This document shows positions 11,601-19,700 of a stretch of DNA of 64,000 nucleotides, in pieces; the first letter of the stretch is position 1; each line of letters opens with the position of its first letter. The stretch comes from Candidatus Micrarchaeota archaeon. Its GTDB lineage: Archaea; Micrarchaeota; Micrarchaeia; Anstonellales; Bilamarchaeaceae. A model generated the notes under the pieces. The model did no database searches. It was not told the DNA's origin and was given only the letters and a program-made list of their open reading frames with translations. The translations under genes and the position numbers were made by a program. The DNA lies in NCBI GenBank assembly GCA_043816005.1, contig JBDRIM010000064.1, positions 1-64,000 of the forward strand, given 5' to 3'.

Positions 11601-14425
11601 GAATAGGAAAATCAGCAAGAGAATTAACAGACCTTACAGCAAGAAGACGTGCAACAACTGATGAAATAGGCAGAATAGAAGATGTAATAGATAGATATAA
11701 ACCATTAGGCGAAACAGAAGCAGTATTAGGTATCGAAGTCCCACCTGCAGTAAAAGCAGATATGCTAGCAAAACTTGCAGAAACTGGAAAACTTCCAAAA
11801 CGCAAGCTTGTTGATGTAAGAGATCAATCAGCTACAGATGTAAGTAGATCATTAGATGCATTAGCTCAAGATGGGTCCCCAACAGTAATGGCAGTTAGGA
11901 ATGAACTAGGAAGAAGAGCAGCAACTGGTGGAGGAGAACTAGATACTATTTTATTAGATACTCTTAGAAGACCTGAAATTTTGCAAAAACTTGGAACAGA
12001 AGCAAAAGGAGCATTAGCGGATGCAGCACTTGATGCAAGTGTAGTAGAGTGGAATACTACAAATCCAAATAACCAATTAACTAAAGCTGAAATGGCATTC
12101 AAAAAGATTGCTGAAATCAATCCAGAGCTAGGAAGTTTCATTAATCAAACAAGACAAAATTTGGCATCTGATTTTAGTGCAATTGAGAAAATGACAAAGG
12201 CAACTGAAGGATATGAAAGCGAGATTGGGAATAGAATTGGAAGTGAAATTGATACAAGAACACCTTTGGAAATAGTTAGAGGAATTACTGACTGGAATAT
12301 CCTACGTGGAGTAAGAGGACTTGCTGGATGGGCTGTTGACACTGCCACCCCATTTGGAACTTTAAGAATCCCAGTTGAACTTGCAAGAACTCCAGAAGGA
12401 GCACTAAGATTTGGACGGCCAACATTTAGACGTCCTTGGGAACCAGGCATTATACCAGGAAGATATTTACGATCAGGAGTACAAAGATGGAGAAGTGCAC
12501 AACCAACAGAAACCATACCAAAAGTTAAAGCTGGGGCAGTAGTAGCATTGCAGCTTTCAATATGGGGATATGAAGCATATTTCGTTGCAACTGAAAGCTA
12601 TATTGGTGTATATGATTGGGTTAAAGGAACAAAATCAATTGAAGAAGGACGACTAATTGCACGTACAAAATACGGAATGGATATATCAGAAGAAAATGCA
12701 AGATTTATAAGAAAAGATGAAAATGGAAGACGGTTTATTCATGCATTAGCATACCTCTATCCACAAGACCAAACAGTAGAAACAGGACAACCAGCAAGAC
12801 GTAAATTCCCTGGAGAAGGAGCTTTAGAAAAGGGATTAAACAATGATACGGCATTTATACATCCAACAAAAATAGACCTAGTTCTGGATGAAGTAAGAGG
12901 AATATCTGATGAACTTGAAGATGCAAATGAAGCTTTGGCTGTTATACTGGATGAATCAAGAGAGTCAAGCGATGAACAAACTGAATTTAGTAAATTTTGT
13001 ACAAAATGGCACATAAATTTTGGAGATGCAGTGGAAAGAGCAAAACGTAAAGGAAAATTAGATATGTATGATATAAAAGAGCTTAAGATGGATGATTGGA
13101 TAGCACAAGGATATGCTTTCAGAGTTAATACTGCAGTAGTACAACAATTCCTAATTGATTGTGGATTTGAATCAACGAATGCACTTGAAATATCTAAATA
13201 TTTCTTAACAGAAAAAGGAAAAGAAATGTATATTAAAGTTTGGAATTTGATCCAAAAAGGTAATATACCAGTAGTACATGCACAAGCTGCGATAACTGCA
13301 GTTTTAGGAGAAAAAGCCAAACTAGAAAGAGAAAAAGATGTGCCAAAAGCAATTGAAGAACTTTTAACTGAAAACAGATTGCTCTTAGTTGATGGAATAA
13401 AAAAAGAATCTGTACTGGGATGGCTTGACAGGCATAGTATGGAAAGCGAAGAAAAAAGAGAACTTATGCTTAGGTTACTAGCAAATCCTGAGTATGTTGC
13501 TGCAGTAAATAATATGGCAATACGAGGCAATGAAGAGATATTGAGAATAAGTGAATTTGAAGAATGGTTAGCAACAGAATTAGCAAAAAGAAAGGAACTA
13601 CAAAAACCTGATACGGCACCATTCCCTCCTCTTCGTGATGTTGCTGTTGCAGCAAAGATGATAGGTGATCCTCCAATAAAAAGTGCTCAAGAACAAGATT
13701 ATAACAAGGATACGTTAGAATTCTTTGAAAGACATCCAGAGATAGCAAATTGGATGAGTACAAAAAATACAGAGTATCGTATACAAATAGCTGAAGTGCT
13801 TGAGCGTTTAAGAGAGCATGAAACAAGCATGCCAACAAATCCAAAAGAACTACCAGTATGGCTTGATGAGGCAGTGGATATGTTCATGAGTGATTTGTTC
13901 ATAAAAAGATCAACAGCCATATCTCAAGAAGAAGCTACATTAGATAGAGCAAAGCTTTCTGGTGCTGTTACTAGAAGAACAGCAGTGCAAATAGAAGAGA
14001 GACGACAGTATCCAAGAAACACAGAAGGCGGACCTGGGAAAATAGACATAACCAAACCAATCACAGACGCAGATTTTGAAAGTTTCATGAGCAAAAATAG
14101 GGCACTTGGACGCAATATTGGAAGACAAGTAACAACTATAATAGAAAGCGAGAACGACACAGAACTAATGGGAAGAGTACGTACAAAATATCGAGAACAG
14201 GGGATTACTGAGGGGATAAATGAAAAGGTTATCGAAGAAGTTTTAAGAAGAATTGTTTTAGATCTCAAGAAGATAAGTGATGGAACAGCAGACCCAGGCA
14301 TCATCAGCAAATATGCTGCTGCAGGAATAACAATTGTCGATGGAACAATGACAGTCGAAGAAGGGAAAACCAAAGATTTGGTTGGAACACATGTCAGGGA
14401 AACATTACATAGATTAGCAAAATGA
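5654..14425 (+). CDS. Giant orphan protein (2923 aa), mostly alpha-helical, with an internal multi-helix hydrophobic region
   Basis: 8.8-kb uninterrupted ORF with AGGTG RBS. Cluster of Gly/Ala-rich hydrophobic helices at ~9310-9750 and another hydrophobic segment at ~12525-12625. Confidence 0.9.
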   Translation: MAERQTEGRKPLALVPRIKVNPVELKRLESTLREARQAIVALREYSERMRTGPAPQLTEHADRLLKLLESMKLTSVPIFQERFENEVNAIRQSIELAKTIRPDKATAMLAAAEEQIMMLGSVFELQVKMISGGLPRTYQLGNRTQTETFAIVQDASEGAVLALGTKHDKLARKVLRGFKLLAENYDGYVFEDQNTIAEYRNLTQFIHERHVQMKSQQPYTPQQEKADDLALGNFETNLVEIKAQLRENGIAFLGNLANAIPAIQAAEALGIVATDRYYRLRDDAERVMTRMKGGGELATYDEMSRIITGYFALTGRVDESNLEILREDAKALLGKEVVRWAKGKLGRIKDDTPEWFGLRAMQAIESGNSRLAALAILVGKLDVQSLDQLNRYLPSYLEIRSVIRNGEIITPSMQARFYGELEYARIRVETEQLISKAGKGEKWGRITAAAATVLQRLREGKIREATQLLTMAGTYLNILRTNKWKSWPGSKDMEEAIDSEIAGMDAQEKFDRSLVYHQFKLDSERFSSAWSAWGSGMIVQRRIIRNALNHAEELAKQGKGQEASRVLTLLVFYTDAVITISTKRAGQVYSVSVKDNGLLRGMERTLGAIAKGEQQLDGVDVAVIFMQSFNDTKSTHIKREAARLEALATARPVGREAVLEAINAAKARAVKKDFDGAAMLLILAGDFYGSEIHAVPAEGNPAVKAEKEGWLYAMYAKGNISGTVLGRQKMLEALRLAITAKTPAQYNTIVEQFREGMDIIGRSDGLTRQYHGILAKYRGEIPFHKDDPKGKVSVGDKVYVELAALKRYDEEQAANPTDPLLQDAGRPLSEILRDIERAAVKGDIGAYETAIDAFNGRFSRVAVATAKATAKTQMYDGIVRSLGEVHRVLPTIYGMYDELPKLDEDTERDVKGYKWSGTVVQREEWRKVDRMSETYYEPIDLPPQAERRLGRLEGKRQELLKQIELARKGTGDEVKIHESYRAFMAEFGKEERLANAYAEINGQVKLNQQYRQMAAQTSGWVDSWLEGATYETCRLLEQGTTDLELARSAILAGEMDRAQAYYKTGIQRRVDAMKRYGMEDYPYVQAGSEGFGMTPLEEMVYKTRKAALADKNTQYAQYLQLHMDALFEIMFGDEGSKRTDRLKTQRGLLNGARLIEISMFGIPGRNISQQNIDYVSMQYELRTNVLNAAGAFRVGNHEEGNRLLKEMEARYSNAQKIAEIMGFIGNAAYTVAALGVTLVQPEIGVPMILAQQLDHAYVEYRVEGKVSATSVAMIGLTVVTFGMGEVAAVLRTGSEFWAITATARTLAASRTLTFANLGVGVGMTGYMGYESYHAFQRGDIKNGIFTAGMALFPWLHMAGTGGYAAMRARSTARSDAVARELVPETLRPTTEISPTEVPSSPKMTEIRSPTKLLEFLRSYNAADVVGRERLLAELPESVHGTIKALVESSAIQSQLKGDPTVIDMNAGRELTNAIKLFAEKPAPLTPGGGPRGTLTETEASGWTVRRESLREFLGDLLSPQEQVAGNAHSRLARMRNENPEIAKVVDDLLGNPSVVEDVVSGNRTPFSERGFKTAQERLGGLIPDEILAQEQQAVAQYEVQAAVGYEGPLMMERPGQPGVRQPGEIGGTARPIEGIQRGQIRNMADQPGGRPPTQQPTDAPVGDTAGPVQPQGIKEVAGRVGRGVKERVIGREPTGLTREEIAAPKDYAEAGAEGLEALCGRIDTIRGRRTLMEDAPGQEAAIEAAPKHVANLLKVLYERATNRGIGTELQNHAKDVMAKIYSKGRVRQALDELAGSDPVLRKALDQTRDALTARAAKEGRSPETFIDRYGSGEPGKFKQEDITVIVEILETPGLTEVANAQTRIGGLGRELTKVDSGLQNGREALAKADGKVRSQVVKEARDAIAEARKNVDPEDITTIERLDRLSELVEDIARVDFRSTEPVRLTESASRVNDAFKFIESEAEILGVNTKGMQRARTAWEKGIGKSARELTDLTARRRATTDEIGRIEDVIDRYKPLGETEAVLGIEVPPAVKADMLAKLAETGKLPKRKLVDVRDQSATDVSRSLDALAQDGSPTVMAVRNELGRRAATGGGELDTILLDTLRRPEILQKLGTEAKGALADAALDASVVEWNTTNPNNQLTKAEMAFKKIAEINPELGSFINQTRQNLASDFSAIEKMTKATEGYESEIGNRIGSEIDTRTPLEIVRGITDWNILRGVRGLAGWAVDTATPFGTLRIPVELARTPEGALRFGRPTFRRPWEPGIIPGRYLRSGVQRWRSAQPTETIPKVKAGAVVALQLSIWGYEAYFVATESYIGVYDWVKGTKSIEEGRLIARTKYGMDISEENARFIRKDENGRRFIHALAYLYPQDQTVETGQPARRKFPGEGALEKGLNNDTAFIHPTKIDLVLDEVRGISDELEDANEALAVILDESRESSDEQTEFSKFCTKWHINFGDAVERAKRKGKLDMYDIKELKMDDWIAQGYAFRVNTAVVQQFLIDCGFESTNALEISKYFLTEKGKEMYIKVWNLIQKGNIPVVHAQAAITAVLGEKAKLEREKDVPKAIEELLTENRLLLVDGIKKESVLGWLDRHSMESEEKRELMLRLLANPEYVAAVNNMAIRGNEEILRISEFEEWLATELAKRKELQKPDTAPFPPLRDVAVAAKMIGDPPIKSAQEQDYNKDTLEFFERHPEIANWMSTKNTEYRIQIAEVLERLREHETSMPTNPKELPVWLDEAVDMFMSDLFIKRSTAISQEEATLDRAKLSGAVTRRTAVQIEERRQYPRNTEGGPGKIDITKPITDADFESFMSKNRALGRNIGRQVTTIIESENDTELMGRVRTKYREQGITEGINEKVIEEVLRRIVLDLKKISDGTADPGIISKYAAAGITIVDGTMTVEEGKTKDLVGTHVRETLHRLAK

Positions 14426-14434
14426 GGTAAATAT

Positions 14435-16654
14435 ATGGCAACAGTAACTTTAGATGAAAACGGCCACATAATCATCACATTTGCAGACAGAACTACATTT
14501 AGCAGTAAAGAGAAAATTACAAAAGAAATGAGTGAAGCAACTGCAATGGCAGCAATTACTAGAGCTATGAATGGAGCATATGGAAAATACAAAGAAGAGA
14601 GTAAATTAGATGAATTAGATGCAATAGGTGGAAAAACAAGAGCAATAGCAAAAGGACTTTTGAAAAAATTAAATGAAATTGTTTCAGTAAAAGTTGAACC
14701 TCCTAAACCTGTAGTGGAAAAAAGACCTGAGCCAAGAGTTGTAGTTCCACCACCAAGAGTAGTAGTTCGGCCACCAGCAAAAAAAATAGAACCGCCACCA
14801 GTAAGAGTTGAAGCACCAAAACCAGTGAGACGTGCGCCACCACCTAGACGAGTAGAATCACCAAGAGTTAGAAAACCAACAATAGACCGCAGAATTATTT
14901 TAGCACAAATAGGAACTAAAGACCAGGCAAAAGCAGCAACATTTTTGATTAGTAATGGAGAAAAAATTGATAGATATTTACAAGTAGGACAAAGTGGGAT
15001 AGAAAGAACGCGAACACAAAGAGAAGCAACAATAAGAGTATTTAATGAATTAGACAGGATACCAAATTTTAGATTATATTTATCATCAGTTGCAAATCCA
15101 GAAACAAATCTTGAATTTGCAATGCTTGAAGGATTTTTAGGACAACATAAAGCAGAGGACTTAAGAACAATTGATAATAGAGAAGAATCACGCATCCTAA
15201 GTTATGCTGATTTGTACATAAGGTATTATCTTGCAAATTATGCTATCAAAGATCCTCGTTTCAAAAAAGAATTAGAACAATTAGAAAGATTTGGAAAACT
15301 TGGAAAAGATGATTTACGAGGTGCAATTGATAGTGATACTATTGCAGCAGCAGAGTTACATATCAGAAGATGGATGCAACATAAAAATTTGAAATCAGAT
15401 TTAGCAGCATGGGAACCACCAAGAGAAGAGCAAATTCCTGAAGTAACACAACAACAAAGAATTGCAATAATTGGTTCTTCAATGGTTGGTGATAGTCGCA
15501 AACATCCGTCAAAATTAGGCCAAACACTCCAAAATTTCATGGCAGATACTATAGTTGACTCATATGGAATACGTGGAGAAACTTTACATGAAGTAGCAAC
15601 GAGATTCAAAGAATTAATTGACGGCGGCGTGAAATATGATAGGATAATAATTTCTGCTCAGGCATTTGCAAATAATCCAAATTATATCTTTTCTAGAGCT
15701 GCTTTGGAGACTATGATAAAACAAGCAAAAATACCAGTTATTGTAACTGGAGTTATGCCATATGGCGAACATCGTTCATGCACATCAAACGCATGGAGAA
15801 ACGCAGAAGAATTGAACAGCTGGCTTGAAGCTAACGCAGCAAAAGGAGAAATAACTTATGTAAATCTTCGATCTCTAGGGGATGATAGTAATCCACCAAG
15901 ATTAAGACCTGAATTTACAAGCGAAGGTTCTGATGGATTACATTCTACTTTGGCAAGAGAGGAAACAGCAAGATTAATTGCGGAAAAGTTGGGAGTAACA
16001 GTTCCTCCATCAATAAGAAGGGAAGAACCTGCAAGAGTAGACGAACGAAGAGTTCCAGATAGAGAACCACCACGAGTAGAAGCAACACCATTACAAATAT
16101 TTGCCAAAGAATATTGGACCGAACTTAGACAACAACTTGCACAAGCAGTAGAACAAAAAAATCCTGCGAAGATTATAAGATTAACAAAAATAGATTTACC
16201 TCCAGGACAACAACTTGAAAATGCACTTACAACTCTTGGTAGAAATGATGTTCAACTTGCTTTCAGAGATGTTTTTAAAAGTTTGAATGATGATGAAGAA
16301 TTCAAAACATTTGTCAAAGCAAAAAGGTATACATTAGTCAAAGGAAGAAATTTGATAGAATTACCTGAAGGCACTGGAAAGAGAGATTTGCTTACTGTAA
16401 TACTTGCATCAAGAGCAGTTCAAGAATATATGAAAGCTAAAGCAGATGTTAATGCGGATTTTGGTGGAGACGTCAGAAAATTGCAAGAAAAAATTGGTAG
16501 GCAGTTAAGTGTTACGCCCAGTGATTTAATTTTAACATTAAGTGTAATTGCAGTTTATAGATGGAGAATGCAAAATACACACAAAGATATTGGAGAATGG
16601 GGAAAAGAAGTTGGAATAAAACCAGAGCCAACACGAAAACAAACCCTCTTCTAA
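14435..16654 (+). CDS. Modular protein (739 aa) with Pro/Arg-rich linker and SGNH/GDSL hydrolase domain
   Basis: SGNH-like blocks in order between ~15458 and 15991: IAIIGSS (I), YGIRG (II), AFANN (III), DGLH (V). P/V/R-rich linker at ~14690-14880. Confidence 0.75.
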   Translation: MATVTLDENGHIIITFADRTTFSSKEKITKEMSEATAMAAITRAMNGAYGKYKEESKLDELDAIGGKTRAIAKGLLKKLNEIVSVKVEPPKPVVEKRPEPRVVVPPPRVVVRPPAKKIEPPPVRVEAPKPVRRAPPPRRVESPRVRKPTIDRRIILAQIGTKDQAKAATFLISNGEKIDRYLQVGQSGIERTRTQREATIRVFNELDRIPNFRLYLSSVANPETNLEFAMLEGFLGQHKAEDLRTIDNREESRILSYADLYIRYYLANYAIKDPRFKKELEQLERFGKLGKDDLRGAIDSDTIAAAELHIRRWMQHKNLKSDLAAWEPPREEQIPEVTQQQRIAIIGSSMVGDSRKHPSKLGQTLQNFMADTIVDSYGIRGETLHEVATRFKELIDGGVKYDRIIISAQAFANNPNYIFSRAALETMIKQAKIPVIVTGVMPYGEHRSCTSNAWRNAEELNSWLEANAAKGEITYVNLRSLGDDSNPPRLRPEFTSEGSDGLHSTLAREETARLIAEKLGVTVPPSIRREEPARVDERRVPDREPPRVEATPLQIFAKEYWTELRQQLAQAVEQKNPAKIIRLTKIDLPPGQQLENALTTLGRNDVQLAFRDVFKSLNDDEEFKTFVKAKRYTLVKGRNLIELPEGTGKRDLLTVILASRAVQEYMKAKADVNADFGGDVRKLQEKIGRQLSVTPSDLILTLSVIAVYRWRMQNTHKDIGEWGKEVGIKPEPTRKQTLF

Positions 16655-16708
16655 CGTAACACACCTTTTAATCCCTTTGCACACAAAATAAAATTGTGAA
16701 GGGAGAGT

Positions 16709-19700
16709 ATGGGTGGCACACGAATAGTTCAGAACGACCAGACGCAACTTCCTTCGCCGCAGAGAAGAAAAGCTATTTTTGGAAGATTGAAAACAGTCAC
16801 TGCATTGGTATTAGGTGCAGTGACGTGGACCAGCGGAACAAATATAAACGATTTAGGAGGTAATATTGCTATGGCATCACGGCATATAGATCCTGCAGTA
16901 TTAGAAGCAACAAAAGCAGTTGACGCATTAAAAGTATTTTTACTTACTGGAAATTCTACAAAAAAAGACGATTTCTTGAGGATATTTAATGCTGGAACTT
17001 CAGGAGCATTCCTTACGGCTTTTGGTTCTGATCTAAGAACAAAAATACTTGGCGATGCTAAACTTGGACCAGTATTGCTGGCATTTAAAGCTGTAGAAGG
17101 AGGAAGAACTGATCTTGTAAAGTTTGTTGATGTTATAGGAAGAGCGTATGACGCAGTTAATGCAAATGATATTAGAACGATAGATAGAATACGAACAGAT
17201 TATAGCGACGCAATGGTAAGTAACGTTGTTATACCATTTCTCAAAGCAATGGAAAAGGATGATTTCCTAAGATTAATGATACCTAGAAGACAAGACAAAA
17301 TGGAAAGCGTAAGTGACAAAACACTTGAAGCATTTGCAAAAGATTATGGAATAAATTTAACAGGAATAACGGGAAGAGAAGATAGAATAGAACGGATAGG
17401 CGGGCATATCAGAGACGAATTCTTTTTAACAGATGATAATGTTGCAAGAGCATTAACTAAAACACTTCTTCAGGCGTATGCATTACTTGAGAAAGATGAA
17501 AAACCAGCATTCTTTCAATGGTTAGGAGAAATGGATCACAGAGCAAAAGCAGGATTATTAATGACAATAGGCGCGTTTGGCCCAGGAGCAAAGGTTGAAG
17601 CAGAAGAAAGTACACCTGGAGTAAAAAACTACAAAGTTACACAAGTAAGAGGCATAGCAATACCGCATATGGCATGGGCAGCTGTTAAAGATATGTTCAA
17701 AGTATGGAATGTAGAACAAGCAAGATTAGGATTGGTAGAATCAGAAAAAGAAAGGTTGCTACGAAGTGGTTATCCTGCATTTATACGTCAAACATCTGCA
17801 ACAGATCTTGCAGCTGTATTTGAAAGACAGCCAACTGGACAGGGTTATGATAATATAGAAATAAGAGTTGGATATCTAAATGCTGAAAGAGAAATTCGTG
17901 TAGAACAAAGAAAAACTGCAAGAATAGCAGAGATAGATAAAGAATTGGCAGCTATTGAAAAATGGTTTGATGGATTTGGTCTTGATTTAGGTGGGAGAGA
18001 TAACACCCTCATAAACAAATTAGATGTATTCAAAAAAGGACTTTGGGGTCTGCAGCAAGCTTATTGGACCATGCGAGAGGGAAATTACGGAGTTATAACC
18101 AGTCTAAATCTTTCATCCTCAAATAAAAAACTTTATGATATTTATATGTCGTATATATTCCATCTTGATAAAAACACACTTGGCATATTCCAAAAAATAG
18201 ATAGGAAATCAGAAAATATTCTTGCTCAAATGCGGGATGCAATAACAAATATAAAAGATGAAAAAGTACTCTTAGGAAATCAAGCATGGTCAACTATTTA
18301 TTATCCAAATGGATCATTACCTGCAGCAGCTACACGAAGAGATCCGAGAATAGCAGATGATTATAGAAGAGCAGCAACCCTTGATCCAACAACTTATTTT
18401 GTATTTGCAAATTATGTTCAAACAGTAGAGGATAATTTAGTTGGCAGTCCAGAAGAAAAAAGATTGGTTGCGCAGACCGTAGCAAGATTGTATGCACTAA
18501 ACCCAGCACTTGCAATCAAATATCTAAAAGCAGTAACTAATCTGGCAAAAATATGCAGAGATCAAAGAGAAACATTTGAACTTGCTCTGATAAAATTAGC
18601 CGCTAAAATAGACATGCGATCATCTGGATTGAATTCTGGGGTCTCACCAACATCAATGCTTCCAATAAACACAAGAAGAGTAATAAACGATCTGAATTCT
18701 GCATTTGAAGAATTAATGGGATTAGATGTGGGTGAATTTAGCAGATATGATAGATATCCGCTACTTGATGATGCAGTTCTGATCAATCCAAATGCACCAC
18801 ATGATATTACTCACAGACCACCAGCATGGAAATATCCGTTAACACCACCATATGACAGTGCACTTAGTATGAGTCCGCCTTATTTCCTTCCATCAACCTT
18901 AAACCCATTGCCATATGTTCCACAATTACTCAATACAGGTGCATTGTTCAACAATTATGATGATGCATCTGGACAAATAAATCTTCCACGGTTTAGTTTC
19001 CTTGATGTTGATGGGCAGACAAGAGCAGTTGGCGATGCTTTCAGATTGTTTGTAGATGAAAAAGTTGGACTTTTCGGAGTTCCCACATTTATACCAGGAT
19101 CACAAATTGTAAAATTAAGCCCAACAAAGTTGATGGGTCAGATAGACAGAGCATTTATTTCAAAAGTAATGGAACCGTATACATTTGATGTTGCCGGCCG
19201 CGGAGGAGCATTAGGAGGAAGAGTTGGAAAGGCAACACCTGAAGGAACATATAGTGGAATGGTTGGCGGACTTGGAAGTATATTAACAAGTGAGGGTGGT
19301 GTTTCTGCAGGTGGATCAGTTGATGTTGCTGAAGCAAATCAATATTTTGCAGGTATGACAGCAATTGCAACTCCAATTGGATTTGTTGAAGATTTGCCAT
19401 TAGTTGGAGGAGCATTCAAAGGTGAAGGAGATCAACCTGCAGGTTTGCAACATGGTTCTATTGGTTATCAAAAATTAAGTGATGGTGCACAACGAGCACT
19501 TGGACAGGCACTTATAAAGGCAGGATATCCAAGCAACCCACGCGAACTTGGAATTGCAGTGAATTATGAAGAAACTGCAGAAGGAAAAACATGGTCAAAT
19601 ACAAAATACTTTTGGGTTGACAAACAAGGAACAATATTTGAATTAGAAGGCGGGACAAACAACTTTGTACAAATGCTTAATTATCTTTCAGCATATGGAG

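Noticed and set aside
5654..14425. Provirus with a tape-measure gene
   Set aside because: No capsid, terminase, portal, integrase or att sites are recognisable around the giant genes.
13924..15195. 423-aa minus-strand ORF and many other antisense ORFs (e.g. 277-786, 12757-13530, 11287-11805, 27674-28180)
   Set aside because: They are shadows of the purine-rich sense genes, with S/F/L/I-rich composition and no motifs.
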